Origin: a virus
Taxonomy: Duplodnaviria > Heunggongvirae > Uroviricota > Caudoviricetes
Reading direction: 5' to 3' (one strand)
IMG/VR virus record: IMGVR_UViG_3300035492_000070
DNA: 64,000 nt
Of this stretch, positions 47,268 to 57,565 are shown one piece after another (position 1 is the first letter of the stretch; each line of letters starts with the position of its first letter). The notes beneath the pieces were generated by a model. The model worked only from the letters and a program-made list of their open reading frames with translations. It was not told where the DNA came from and ran no database searches. The position numbers and the translations under genes are program-made.

Positions 47268-48992
47268 TTAACTCCCAGGTCTCATAACATAAGTAGACAC
47301 TTGATCGATATTCACAACATTATTTCTTGATGTGTAAACGTTGTCTGTCGCGGATTTCGCTTTAGCGGTGAAATTACCATTATCAATGAACATAACACTG
47401 AATGAAATATTACCGGTTTCGTAATTAATTGAACCGATCGTTTCTACTCTATCAACGTTATTGATGGTTGTCTTGGATAGAATGTTTCCTTCGCCATCAT
47501 CATAAATTCGAGAAGTGGTAGCAAAAACATCAAGTTTAATGTTATTAATTTCAAACGTTTTAGGGACTATTTTATTATTGAAGTTCAAAACGTATAAAGC
47601 ATTTCTAGCTGGTTGATTTTCGCCTTGAATTTTCATACTAGGCACAATTTCAATTGACTCGACCGCTGGTACTGAGCTCTTGATTTTTCCTACCAAAGCA
47701 CTGTTGTTGAACCATTTGTCAAACGTTTTAATCTCATCTTTATACGAATTAATGACATTATTAATTTCAGAAGAAAGTTGAGTAAACGTCTTGTTGGTTT
47801 TTGACTGACTGTAAATGATGCCCACGCTAAGGTCTACATCAATGTATTCAACATCAACAACTTCTGTTTCTAGCATTGAGTACCGTTTCATTCTATTCTG
47901 GATGACAGATTTAATACTGTCGACAATGATAAACCCTTCTTGTGGAACAGCCGATAAAAACACTCTACCATAATAAGGAGGGATATTATCTTCGCCTCCC
48001 CATGCAATAGCAGATTTTAAAAACGGGAAGTCTCTCAACATTAAACTAGAAAAGTCTTGAGCTTTTACTGCTCGTTCTTGGGTTTCATAAATCTTTGGCG
48101 CAAGGAACTTAATCATTGAGTTGCTTGCTTTCTCTGAACCTCCATAAGCAGGTACAGTCACGTCAACTACAATGTTAGCAAATCCGCCTATTGATGTTGC
48201 TGCAAATACAGTGCTTAAGCCGTTGGCATGATCGGTTTCTGTTACGATATATTCAACTTCAATGACAGATAAATCTGCAGGCTCAAATCCTAAAATATCT
48301 TTACCAAATTCAATATCATATTGACCGCGAGTGTTTTCATGTAGAAAGTAAACAGAACTATCAGAATCAAGATTTGTGATGTTTGTATTAACCTGCATTT
48401 CGGTTCTTGACAATGATGATTGACTAGGTCTATAAAATACTCGAAGAGTGGAAGTATCAATATCTTTATTACTGATAGTGACTTTACCCAATAAACGGTT
48501 ATATAAGAATTGTTCTCTTGATAGTCCGCCTTGCTTCAACTCAACATCAAATGCGACATATCGACCACTGCTATTCAACGTCAATACAGTGTCTTCAAGT
48601 GTTACGAATGTGTAAGCAACACCACCTACGGTATTAGTAAATACGGAACCTTTCGGCGCTACAATAGAAGGCAATGTAGGTACAACAGAAGGAATTACCG
48701 TTAAATTGCATACAATAGTAGAAGCTGTTCTCGATTTAGGTGTATATGAAAGTTTTTGTGCATGGCTAACAATATTCGAACGAATTTGAGCAGAATCTAA
48801 GAAAGATTCAGTTGCCACCATATTGGCCATATAAGCAATGTAATGGGTATTGCGAACAAGGTTGTCGATTATTGTATTAATCGCAGAACCTTCGTAATTG
48901 ATATCCTCGAACCCAGGCCGAGACTGATAAAACTCAATCAAGCTGGCTTTAAGTTCATCCGGATCATAAGATGTTAGATTGATATTAGTCAT
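47268..48992 (-). CDS. baseplate wedge protein gp6/J-like
   Basis: follows gp25-like gene as in P2 W-J and T4 25...6 arrangement; size 574 aa. Confidence 0.55.
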   Translation of the reverse strand: MTNINLTSYDPDELKASLIEFYQSRPGFEDINYEGSAINTIIDNLVRNTHYIAYMANMVATESFLDSAQIRSNIVSHAQKLSYTPKSRTASTIVCNLTVIPSVVPTLPSIVAPKGSVFTNTVGGVAYTFVTLEDTVLTLNSSGRYVAFDVELKQGGLSREQFLYNRLLGKVTISNKDIDTSTLRVFYRPSQSSLSRTEMQVNTNITNLDSDSSVYFLHENTRGQYDIEFGKDILGFEPADLSVIEVEYIVTETDHANGLSTVFAATSIGGFANIVVDVTVPAYGGSEKASNSMIKFLAPKIYETQERAVKAQDFSSLMLRDFPFLKSAIAWGGEDNIPPYYGRVFLSAVPQEGFIIVDSIKSVIQNRMKRYSMLETEVVDVEYIDVDLSVGIIYSQSKTNKTFTQLSSEINNVINSYKDEIKTFDKWFNNSALVGKIKSSVPAVESIEIVPSMKIQGENQPARNALYVLNFNNKIVPKTFEINNIKLDVFATTSRIYDDGEGNILSKTTINNVDRVETIGSINYETGNISFSVMFIDNGNFTAKAKSATDNVYTSRNNVVNIDQVSTYVMRPGS

Positions 48993-49032
48993 GAAATAGC
49001 CTTAGTTCAAAAATATACTAAGACTATTTAGT

Positions 49033-49401
49033 TTACCTAACCACCGAAAGATCTATTGTCAGCGTTTTATCGCTGGGGTTATTAAGTTCATTATAATACA
49101 ATGTAATGCTTAGACCATTATCACCTGACTGATCAACCTTTACATCAATTAAACTGACTCTAGGTTCAAAGTTTGATACACTGTTTATAATATTATCTTT
49201 GAGTCTTTGTTGAGTTAGCGCGGTAATGTTCTCGAATAATGACCCATCAATGTTGGTACCTAACTCTACGTTGAACCCTCTATCATAGTAGTTTGTTCTG
49301 ATAATATTTTTGAGTGATTGGGCGATTGCAGCTGAACCCGTTTTAACGGCTACGTCGCCTGTCAGGGGATGAGGCCTAAATGAAAAGTCTATATCTTTCA
49401 T
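49033..49401 (-). CDS. 25: baseplate wedge protein gp25 (GPW family)
   Basis: GFNVELGTNIDGSLFENITALTQQRLKDNIINSVSNFEPRV parallels T4 gp25 FGCDLSDQLFENMTPLTADTVERNIESAVRNYEPRI. Confidence 0.75.
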   Translation of the reverse strand: MKDIDFSFRPHPLTGDVAVKTGSAAIAQSLKNIIRTNYYDRGFNVELGTNIDGSLFENITALTQQRLKDNIINSVSNFEPRVSLIDVKVDQSGDNGLSITLYYNELNNPSDKTLTIDLSVVR

Positions 49402-49826
49402 TCAACTGTCCTTGTACGAATAACGATATCCCATTCCTCTTGTTTGGACATCTCTTCCATGAATAAATCAAATGCCTTGGCGCTGTTAAGAATTGCCCAC
49501 GTATTGTTTACAACACCTAATCCCAAACCTACACCTATACAACCTTCAAAGTTAGATGCAACATTACCGATATGAACCATAATGAAAGTGCGATTATTGA
49601 CCTTGGTTACTTCCCACCCAATAGTATATTTTCCTCTCGATGTGCGATTAACTACACCAGATTCGCGTTTTTTCATTTTATATTTTCCGAGTGGAATACA
49701 TGATACGTTTTGAGCATTCTCTTTCCATGGTAATTCGATTGTATCTAATACTAGACCAGAAGGGAATTTCATTTTGCCTATAGTAGCAATATCAGTATAG
49801 GCCCGTTCTAATATAATTGTGTTCAT
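49398..49826 (-). CDS. hypothetical baseplate-associated protein (142 aa)
   Basis: internal ATG with SD aaagagg; the upstream part of the track ORF overlaps the gp5-like gene. Confidence 0.35.
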   Translation of the reverse strand: MNTIILERAYTDIATIGKMKFPSGLVLDTIELPWKENAQNVSCIPLGKYKMKKRESGVVNRTSRGKYTIGWEVTKVNNRTFIMVHIGNVASNFEGCIGVGLGLGVVNNTWAILNSAKAFDLFMEEMSKQEEWDIVIRTRTVE

Positions 49827-49887
49827 GGTTGCCTCTTTAGGATCAGTATCTCTAAACTTACTTTTATTTAGTTTCTGTTTAAGAATT

Positions 49888-50841
49888 CTACTGATTTGTA
49901 TTAACTTTAGAATAGACATTTCCACCTTTTGCTCCTGTACCAGGTATAAACCTACCCGCAGGCCCAACTCTAGCAGGTGACGTGGGCGAACCTGGACTCC
50001 CACTGATATGGTTATGTCGATTTAACCATGGTACCAACTCATTTTCAATCCAGGAGGCCAATTTATTACCTAGAACTGATGGTTCAACATTACCATCCTC
50101 TCCTAATTGAATTTTAGGTGCTCTTATTACAGTATCACCCTCAATGTCGTGAGTCGATTTACCGTTAATCTTAACATCATTATCGCCTAGCACATGAACA
50201 TTACAGTTTCCATCAACCACAACAAAATCACTTCCATTTATAATTTCATATTTATTAGAAACTACCCTTGTGACCATTTTTCCATCGGGATGAATTTCAT
50301 TCATAGTACCTGACTTATGAAAAACCTTGATTCTTTCCGCTCCCGGTGTATCATCAATTTCAATAATATGGCCTGAACGGGTTTGTATTACCTGATTATT
50401 AGGGTATTCTGCCGCATATGGCACACTAGGCTCAGACCAATTAGATCCGTTAGCCGTAGGTACATCCTTTCTTACAGAATCCATTAGGCTTTGAATGTGG
50501 CTGTTTTTAATGCCTCTTGCTAATTCGTTGACATCATTAACACCGTCTTTTGAAATGCCTGATATAGAACCTAATATTAATCCTTGCTGTCTATATTCGT
50601 CAAGGTAGATACCGAATACAAAAGAACCTACGACTAAACTTGTAGGGCTAATACCAACACCATTCAACGAACCTGCGTTTGGTATTGTCATAGGAAACCA
50701 TTTCAATGCTTCGGTTGGTAATATACCTTTATTATCAGAGTTGTATACAAGCACACGCACACGCACACGACCCAACTGTTCAGGGTCATTGACATCCTCA
50801 ACAAAACCAAAGAATCCTGTAAAGTTTAGGCTGTTAATCAT
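49888..50841 (-). CDS. 5: baseplate hub/spike protein gp5-like (OB-fold N-terminus, no lysozyme domain)
   Basis: FGFVEDVNDPEQLGRVRVRV matches gp5 N-terminal OB domain; C-terminal Gly/Asn beta-helix-like repeats. Confidence 0.65.
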   Translation of the reverse strand: MINSLNFTGFFGFVEDVNDPEQLGRVRVRVLVYNSDNKGILPTEALKWFPMTIPNAGSLNGVGISPTSLVVGSFVFGIYLDEYRQQGLILGSISGISKDGVNDVNELARGIKNSHIQSLMDSVRKDVPTANGSNWSEPSVPYAAEYPNNQVIQTRSGHIIEIDDTPGAERIKVFHKSGTMNEIHPDGKMVTRVVSNKYEIINGSDFVVVDGNCNVHVLGDNDVKINGKSTHDIEGDTVIRAPKIQLGEDGNVEPSVLGNKLASWIENELVPWLNRHNHISGSPGSPTSPARVGPAGRFIPGTGAKGGNVYSKVNTNQ

Positions 50842-52049
50842 GCTACTGTTTCCTCGAATGCGTCCTTCATAAACAATACTCTTTGGTTATATCCTTTAGC
50901 GGTTAGGATATGTTTTATCTCTACCAATAGAAATTTTCCCGAAATAAAGTCAACATGGTTTTGAGTAAAATCATTAGAGCTATAAGATGGTAATGACAAA
51001 TTACAAACATCACCTACCTTTAATTGGCTATTGCCATGTATACCCGCAACCACAGTGAAAGTATTCATTGCCATTTTAACTAATGTATTTTTATATAAAT
51101 CAATTTCAGATTGTCTGGGCAATACGTTAGCACCAACGGATATAACATAATTGAAATTAGGTTCAGTTTTAGATCTCATTGGAAACTTACCTAACGAATT
51201 TGACTCTTTGAATGTTTTTTCTATTGAGTCTTTATAAACTTCAACTTCTTTATGTTTTAATGAAATATGACATGATGTAGCACCATGTAACCCGTCGGCA
51301 ATTTCATCTAGAAATTTATTTGAATCCTCAACCTCATAATCCTGCAATACAGTAAAAGATTCTTCGGCGGCATTTTTAGGGTTATCATATACAGGTTGAC
51401 TTTGATATGTATACGATATAACAGGTTCTTGTCTATACAATTCTGCTAAAGGTACAAATTGAAACTTTTGGTTGTTCTCAAAAAAGACATATCCATATTC
51501 GCCGTGATTAGACACTGCGAGATTGATACATTGATTAATCGCATCATATACTCGATCACCCGTGAATACAATGTTCTCGATATATTTGCAAGGCTTTGTT
51601 TCTAGTTGTTTTTCTGCCTTGACTTTGTCAAACACTTTTTTAACTATTGAGTCGACATTTTCTTCATGCCCGGAATAAAGCCTGATTCCCATAGATTTAA
51701 AGGTTTCTCTTGACATAAAATGTAAAGTATACCCCGCACTATGATCATTAATGGCCGCTGGACCCGTTACATCGTAAACGACGCCTGTGTACTTAATATC
51801 AGCATTTTCCATACCCACGGTATACCATTCAACCTCAACTGTTTCACCATTACCTAAACCATATTCATTAACAATATTAGTAGAATCTACAAAAGAAACA
51901 GTACCTGACATTGTTTTGTCTATTATAGACTCGTATACCGTGACATCAGTATAAGAAGATGATAAATCAAGCTCAACTGGTTGATTACCTTTAGTGGTAA
52001 TTACCAATCGAACCAACTCAAATTGACCACTTCTTTTGTAATTTGACAT
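50838..52049 (-). CDS. baseplate hub protein gp27-like
   Basis: size (403 aa) and position immediately upstream of gp5-like spike. Confidence 0.5.
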   Translation of the reverse strand: MSNYKRSGQFELVRLVITTKGNQPVELDLSSSYTDVTVYESIIDKTMSGTVSFVDSTNIVNEYGLGNGETVEVEWYTVGMENADIKYTGVVYDVTGPAAINDHSAGYTLHFMSRETFKSMGIRLYSGHEENVDSIVKKVFDKVKAEKQLETKPCKYIENIVFTGDRVYDAINQCINLAVSNHGEYGYVFFENNQKFQFVPLAELYRQEPVISYTYQSQPVYDNPKNAAEESFTVLQDYEVEDSNKFLDEIADGLHGATSCHISLKHKEVEVYKDSIEKTFKESNSLGKFPMRSKTEPNFNYVISVGANVLPRQSEIDLYKNTLVKMAMNTFTVVAGIHGNSQLKVGDVCNLSLPSYSSNDFTQNHVDFISGKFLLVEIKHILTAKGYNQRVLFMKDAFEETVA

Positions 52050-52050
52050 A

Positions 52051-52536
52051 TTACACTCTCATCAATTCTTTTTGTCTGTTCATTACGATGCCCGTGAATT
52101 CCGGTAATAACAACTTGACGTTTCTTTTCTCGTCATTAAGATCCGTTTCATATTCATAATTAGTCACAGGGCGAGTGTCATATACAGGGTTCAATTGAGG
52201 GTCAACTCTATTGCCCGTTGAAACTGATATGTAATGGTTTATGCCATTTGGATTGTCATACTTTTCATTTATATAAGACTCTAACGCCAACTGACTCATA
52301 GGCCAATCATAAAAAGGGTTTAGGATATCATTCATTAAAAGAATGATCCAATGAAGCTGAGCATCATCATAGAACCTATCGGCAATCATTTCTGGAGTTT
52401 CGCCGTCCCTGACAGAATACTCCAGATAATATTTTTCATTTTGTTTGAACATTGAAGCAATATCGACTCTACGAGTTAGATTTACCTGTAAGGTGTTTTG
52501 GTAATTAACCAATGGAAAGTTACTGAAGTAAGCCAT
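52051..52536 (-). CDS. 53: baseplate wedge protein gp53
   Basis: EMIADRFYDDAQLHWIILLMNDILNPFYDWPMSQLALESY aligns with T4 gp53 ELANAIYGNPQLYWVLLMCNDNYDPYYGWITSQEAAYQ. Confidence 0.7.
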   Translation of the reverse strand: MAYFSNFPLVNYQNTLQVNLTRRVDIASMFKQNEKYYLEYSVRDGETPEMIADRFYDDAQLHWIILLMNDILNPFYDWPMSQLALESYINEKYDNPNGINHYISVSTGNRVDPQLNPVYDTRPVTNYEYETDLNDEKRNVKLLLPEFTGIVMNRQKELMRV

Positions 52537-53453
52537 TAGAAACCTCCATTCTCAATGCGTTCCTTGGTAAGCACCTCAAGTTCTGTGAACCCTAAAGTCA
52601 TTGTGGTCATAAAAGGACTTCCATCTTCGTGTGATGCATAATGACCATCGCCCCCTTGAGTAATACTAAATTCGGTTAAAGCACAAGTAGAAATCTTGAA
52701 CAACCAATCATTTTGTTGTCCATCTTTACGCAGAAATGAAATGTCAAATGTTGAAGGGTATGACCAATACAAATTAGCTCGCCCTAATTTCTTTTCAGGG
52801 GCTCTGTGAAACTTCAAGGTATCAATAATCTTTTTAATCATTGACTGTTCTTCTTTAGACTTGGCAATCATTTTGAAGCTGAAGTTGAATGTACGATTAG
52901 AAACTCCTTCAAATAGAACTTCTACATAAGGGTTTTCGACCATACGGTTTGCCCATGTATAAGCGCCTTTGATTTCACCTGGTAATAATGTGTCGGCTAC
53001 CTTAACCCCTGTCATTTTTAAAATTTCAGGCAGAGCTTCTTTGGTTGTTTCCCAATTTCTTTTCCAGTCATCGAAATTTGTAATATCACCTGAACCTTGC
53101 CAAGCATCTAGCACGGCACCCATCACACCCAAATTAGATGAACTCCAATTAGACTGATAAGAAGCCTCTACTGTTGGTGGCATATGAAGTGCAATAGCAG
53201 TATCAATTCTAACGGTGTTGCCTGTGTATGATCTTGCCAGAGAGTTAGAACCTTTTTGTTGCATTACTGGAACATCACCTTCAATTTGCCTGTATTTCTG
53301 GCCATTAAATTTAGATCCTGAAATTGCATTGATATTAATGAGCATGATGTTCTGTGTACCCTCTGACTCTAATTCCATAGGGTATTTCAAAAAGGTGTAA
53401 CCTCTTTTATTTTTATCTAATTTTTCTGTGAGTGACTTTATTCGAGATTTCAC
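52536..53453 (-). CDS. baseplate protein (gp48/gp54-like by position)
   Basis: position in baseplate operon only. Confidence 0.35.
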   Translation of the reverse strand: MKSRIKSLTEKLDKNKRGYTFLKYPMELESEGTQNIMLININAISGSKFNGQKYRQIEGDVPVMQQKGSNSLARSYTGNTVRIDTAIALHMPPTVEASYQSNWSSSNLGVMGAVLDAWQGSGDITNFDDWKRNWETTKEALPEILKMTGVKVADTLLPGEIKGAYTWANRMVENPYVEVLFEGVSNRTFNFSFKMIAKSKEEQSMIKKIIDTLKFHRAPEKKLGRANLYWSYPSTFDISFLRKDGQQNDWLFKISTCALTEFSITQGGDGHYASHEDGSPFMTTMTLGFTELEVLTKERIENGGF

Positions 53454-53926
53454 TTTTTAGCTCCTACGAATTGAGGCAATTCTTTTTCGGTGACAATCTT
53501 AAAGTGCCAACCTTTTTTCTTGCAATATTCTTCTGCTGCCTTCCACTTGGCTTGGTTAACAAGGTATGTCATTGTTTCATTAATGACGGTCTGTTTGTTC
53601 CTGCCTTTGCTATTTTTAGGTGGTAGTGTTTGAGCATATGGTTTAACTTCTATTAACGAAATAACTTTTGTATCATTAGGGCCTTTAGCAACAACCAAAA
53701 AGTCCATGAAATACCTGTGCATTTTACCATCAACAGGTGATAAGTAAGGTATGATTATTTCTTCACTAGCATACGCTAAAACAGAGTCCGACTCATCAAA
53801 CTTTTTAAGTAAACGCAACTCCCATGAAGACCTATAGATGATGTTTGTAGGGTCACCTAGGTACTTCTTAGGGTTAGTGGGTTTAAACTTACCTTGTTTA
53901 TATGCTCTAGCCATATTACCGCTCAT
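53450..53926 (-). CDS. PD-(D/E)xK nuclease-fold protein
   Basis: FMDFLVVAKGPNDTKVISLIEVKPY (D...E-V-K). Confidence 0.3.
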   Translation of the reverse strand: MSGNMARAYKQGKFKPTNPKKYLGDPTNIIYRSSWELRLLKKFDESDSVLAYASEEIIIPYLSPVDGKMHRYFMDFLVVAKGPNDTKVISLIEVKPYAQTLPPKNSKGRNKQTVINETMTYLVNQAKWKAAEEYCKKKGWHFKIVTEKELPQFVGAKK

Positions 53927-53954
53927 TATTTTCTTCCAACTATTTAGTGAGCAG

Positions 53955-54200
53955 GACTTGACAACTTCGCCTATAAAGTATATAACGAGCGTAGCGAGTG
54001 AGGTTAACTTTTCTAAAATATTTTCAAATTCTTCTTGACAACTTCAAAATCCTTTATATAATAGTGAGTGAAACGAACGAGGTTAACTAATATATTAAGA
54101 AGAAAATAAGATAAGAAGCTAACCTCACTCGCTACGCTCGTTATATAATAAGAAAAAGATTTAGAAGAAGTAACCTCACTCGTTTCACTCGTTATTAATT
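53955..54200 (+). promoter_or_regulatory. two tandem sigma70-like promoters (TTGACA-N17-TATAAC at 53958; TTGACA-N16-TATAAT at 54035) interleaved with four copies of a GAGTGAGGTTA(A)C-type motif in both orientations
   Basis: tataacgagcgtagcgagtgaggttaac (53985-54012) is the reverse complement of gttaacctcactcgctacgctcgttata (54120-54147); further copies at about 54072 and 54169. Confidence 0.45.
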
Positions 54201-54318
54201 ATAAGGCAGAACGCACTAGAAGCATTCTAAGTGATTCTACCAAGAGCTAATACGTTGGTACATAAATTCCATTAAAGTCTAACAGAGTTAGATAGAGAGC
54301 GAAATATAAGGTGTTTAC

Positions 54319-54798
54319 ATGAAAGAACAAATATTTATGAAAATGGCAAAAGACCTAGCAGAATTCAGTAAATGTATTTCACTGAAAGTTGGATGTCTCA
54401 TTGTCAATGAGAGAGATCGTATCATCTCTACAGGTGTGAATGGGTCTATACCAGGTTACCATAACTGCAATGAATTATTTCAAGATAGATGCAAAGAGCA
54501 TACTGAATGGTCATCCAAGTTTGAAATTCACGCAGAAATGAATTCCATATTAGAATTGGCTCGTAACCAATCTCAGTTTGAAAAACTTGATTTCTATGTC
54601 ACTCATTCTCCTTGCTCTAATTGCCTTAAACATATCATGGGTTTAAGGTCCAATAACCAATCTATAAATAGAATTGTCTACGGTGAGTTACACCGTCATA
54701 CCACAAAAGAATTGTTGACAGAACAAAAAGAGTTCTGTAACTTGTTTGGCACAACGCTTGTGTCCATAGAGGAATTAAATAATGTCGAAGTATCATAA
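54319..54798 (+). CDS. cd: dCMP deaminase
   Basis: HAEMNSIL and PCSNC zinc-binding motifs of the cytidine/dCMP deaminase family. Confidence 0.75.
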   Translation: MKEQIFMKMAKDLAEFSKCISLKVGCLIVNERDRIISTGVNGSIPGYHNCNELFQDRCKEHTEWSSKFEIHAEMNSILELARNQSQFEKLDFYVTHSPCSNCLKHIMGLRSNNQSINRIVYGELHRHTTKELLTEQKEFCNLFGTTLVSIEELNNVEVS

Positions 54799-55231
54799 CC
54801 CCAATCTGTCTTTACCTGAAATTTTTAATGTCGTTGCTAAAATGGAAGGTACAGTAGATGACAAAGCTAAATTTTTAAAAATGTATGGTCGACGTGACAT
54901 GCTATGGTTTGTCAACTTCCTATATAACGTGAATAAAGAGGGTCTGACTATTCCTGACTATACGCCAAGTCGTAAGCCTGTTGGTTTAAATTACATGACA
55001 ATCCTTAATGCGATTAATCAGTTGCAAGGTTGTATTGATCATCGTAACAATCCAAACGTCTATTCGCGTAACCTGCAACGAGTTTTAGAAAGTGTGTCTG
55101 CAGATGAAGCTGAGTTACTGGTACGTGCATTTTCTGGTCAGAAAGTAGAGGGGGTATCGAAAGCCGTATTCAAACGTGCTTTTCCCGGATATTTTCCCGG
55201 GAATGAGTCACACGATCTCGAATTGGTTTAA
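54782..55231 (+). CDS. hypothetical protein
   Basis: ORF only. Confidence 0.3.
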   Translation: MSKYHNPNLSLPEIFNVVAKMEGTVDDKAKFLKMYGRRDMLWFVNFLYNVNKEGLTIPDYTPSRKPVGLNYMTILNAINQLQGCIDHRNNPNVYSRNLQRVLESVSADEAELLVRAFSGQKVEGVSKAVFKRAFPGYFPGNESHDLELV

Positions 55232-55267
55232 AAATTTATTTTGAATTAGAGTAAGACTTAGAACACT

Positions 55268-56299
55268 CTAAGTCTTCTTTTTGTGTACTCTGCCTTTCTT
55301 CCATCCTTTAGGCATATCAGAGTCTTTTTCTATTTTTCTATTGATTTTACCATCAGTGATCCATATATTGCCTTTAGCAATGCCTACTAATTCACCAGAC
55401 AGGTATCTAGGATCGTTTATAGAAACTTTTGACTTATTGCCATCTTTATCTTTGACAGAAACTTTTCCTTTATTTATATGAACTAATTCACCTGATGCTA
55501 ATCTACTATCATTTTTAAGTACATGAAAACAATTCCCTTCGACATCTCTAACAGTAACTCTACCTTTAGCAATACCGACTAATTCACCTGAAATAACTCT
55601 AGGATCATTGGCATATACTTGGTGTACATTACCTAATTTATCTTTTGTGATTGTTTTGCCTTTTTGGCTACTAACTAATTCACCTGATAAATATCTTTGG
55701 TCTTTTCTATTAACTCTAATAATTTTACCAAATTTATCTATAACAGGAATAGTATCTTTATTAATATTTACCAATTTACCAGATATATAATCAGGGTTAG
55801 TTTTAAGAATCAAAGATATATTACCTTCATTATCTCGAGCGCAAAACTTACCTTTAGAAAAAACTGTTACCTCACCTGAAATATATCTAGGATCGTTAAG
55901 AGATACATTAAATTTATTACCATATTCATCTATTACTAAAATAGTACCCGATGTATCAAAACCTGTTGAAGTTTGGTTAGCTTTATTATAAAAATTTAAA
56001 TTCGTACCGACTTCAAATTTTTGGTGAAGTTTTATCTCTAACTTCATAGCAAGTTTTCTAGTATCAAAACAAGCAATAATTTTAAACTTGAATTGCTCTG
56101 GATTTTGTCTTACAATAGGCTGGAGTACACGACTTGAACTAAAATATTTTGTACCAAGATCATCATAAGGGTTAATCTTAGAAGTTCGAACACCGTAGTA
56201 GTGTTTGTTTTCTGTGATATTAGTAATGCGGTATGTGTAATGATATTTGTTATCAGAACCTTTTAGGATTTGACAACCATAAATAGTTTTGCTGGACAT
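55268..56299 (-). CDS. GIY-YIG-like homing endonuclease with about 8 tandem ~23-aa repeats (NDPRY-SGELV...KG)
   Basis: N-terminus YHYTYRITNITENKHYYGVRTS (GIY...YIG-like); repeats resemble intron-encoded nuclease repeat modules and the C-terminus of the intron HNH protein. Confidence 0.5.
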   Translation of the reverse strand: MSSKTIYGCQILKGSDNKYHYTYRITNITENKHYYGVRTSKINPYDDLGTKYFSSSRVLQPIVRQNPEQFKFKIIACFDTRKLAMKLEIKLHQKFEVGTNLNFYNKANQTSTGFDTSGTILVIDEYGNKFNVSLNDPRYISGEVTVFSKGKFCARDNEGNISLILKTNPDYISGKLVNINKDTIPVIDKFGKIIRVNRKDQRYLSGELVSSQKGKTITKDKLGNVHQVYANDPRVISGELVGIAKGRVTVRDVEGNCFHVLKNDSRLASGELVHINKGKVSVKDKDGNKSKVSINDPRYLSGELVGIAKGNIWITDGKINRKIEKDSDMPKGWKKGRVHKKKT

Positions 56300-56563
56300 A
56301 CAAGTTTCCTTAATTGTTGAGAAATGTCTAGAGACGGTGGGAATTGGCGTTCCGCGACCGTATAATTTATTTAGTAAATTGATTTTTCTTTCCCGACGTG
56401 GAAAGAAATGATCTTGAAATGGTTTAAAAGATTGCTATGAAACATGATCATGGTAGAGGTACAATCAAAGATAATGCAATGGCCGCATTAGTGACCTCTA
56501 CCCTGTTTCGGCCTAAGGTAGTTAAACCGAAAAAAGGAAAAGGTAGTTTTTCTCGAAAAGGTG

Positions 56564-56592
56564 TTGACAAGGTTGTCATAGACCACTAAAAT
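56564..56592 (+). promoter_or_regulatory. sigma70-like promoter TTGACA-N17-TAAAAT; -35 inside the palindrome TGACAAggTTGTCA
   Basis: seen directly, 30 nt upstream of 56625. Confidence 0.45.
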
Positions 56593-56624
56593 ACAAATAT
56601 GAACTGTGAAGCGAGACTTATATT

Positions 56625-57170
56625 ATGAACATGATCGAATTAATGAAAAAGTATGTTGAAGAGGCTAAAGTCATTCTAGCTACCCACAACATGGAACTTC
56701 CAAAAGATTTAATCCTTAACGTCAACAACCGCCTAAAAAAATCTTTAGGTCGTGCCAAGTACCGTACATCGTTAGGTGAAACATTCTACACCATTGAAAT
56801 AAACGGTAACGCTTTTACAAAAGACTCCGCAGAATTCAGAGAAACCATGTTACACGAAATTGCTCATGTGATGGGTCATTTTGTGTACGGTACATTAGAC
56901 CATGACAAATATTGGGCAAAATTCATGAGAACATTTGGTTTGGAGGCAAATGTGTTTGCCTCCAAAGAAAAAGTTGCTTCGATTGGTTATCAACTGCCTG
57001 ATACTAAGAAAAAGACTCGTACTGTTTGTGAATGTAGCAACTGCGGCGGCAGATTCTCAATAGCCAACAAGAAAGCACTCGAACTGTACCGTTTCAAATG
57101 CAGATGTGGTGGTAAAATCTTTTCTAAAGGTATTTACATTACACCTTACGATGACCCTCGTGATTTTTAA
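56625..57170 (+). CDS. SprT-like zinc metalloprotease with C-terminal zinc ribbon
   Basis: HEIAHVMGH; CECSNCGG...CRCGG. Confidence 0.5.
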   Translation: MNMIELMKKYVEEAKVILATHNMELPKDLILNVNNRLKKSLGRAKYRTSLGETFYTIEINGNAFTKDSAEFRETMLHEIAHVMGHFVYGTLDHDKYWAKFMRTFGLEANVFASKEKVASIGYQLPDTKKKTRTVCECSNCGGRFSIANKKALELYRFKCRCGGKIFSKGIYITPYDDPRDF

Positions 57171-57180
57171 AGAATAGTTG

Positions 57181-57209
57181 TTGACAACTCCTGCCTGATC
57201 GTGTATCAT
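57181..57209 (+). promoter_or_regulatory. sigma70-like promoter TTGACA-N17-TATCAT
   Basis: ttgacaactcctgcctgatcgtgtatcat. Confidence 0.4.
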
Positions 57210-57241
57210 TTAGGCATAAAGTGAAAGTTGGAGATTATATT

Positions 57242-57547
57242 ATGAACAAAACCGTATCAGACACAATTTTAACACAATTAGGCGGCTCTCGGTTTTTAAC
57301 AATGACCGGTGCCAAAAACCTAGCTACATCAGGTACAGATTTATCATTCCACTTACCCAAAGCCTTAAAGAAAGGTATTAATCTAGTAAAAGTTACATTA
57401 GAAGCAAATGATACCTACACTGTTAAATTCTACAAGTTTAGTCAAAGAAAATTTTTATTGAACGTTGTTCATGAAGAAGAAATGGTGTACACTGAAAACC
57501 TGCGCTCACTGTTTGAAGAGCAGACTGGTTACCTAACTGGTCTTTAA
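57242..57547 (+). CDS. hypothetical protein
   Basis: SD ggagatt + ATG. Confidence 0.3.
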   Translation: MNKTVSDTILTQLGGSRFLTMTGAKNLATSGTDLSFHLPKALKKGINLVKVTLEANDTYTVKFYKFSQRKFLLNVVHEEEMVYTENLRSLFEEQTGYLTGL

Positions 57548-57565
57548 TAACCAAGGAGAAACCTT

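Noticed and set aside
53985-54200. Possible CRISPR array from the repeated motif
   Set aside because: The repeats occur in both orientations and are irregularly spaced, adjacent to promoters. There are no uniform direct repeats or spacers.
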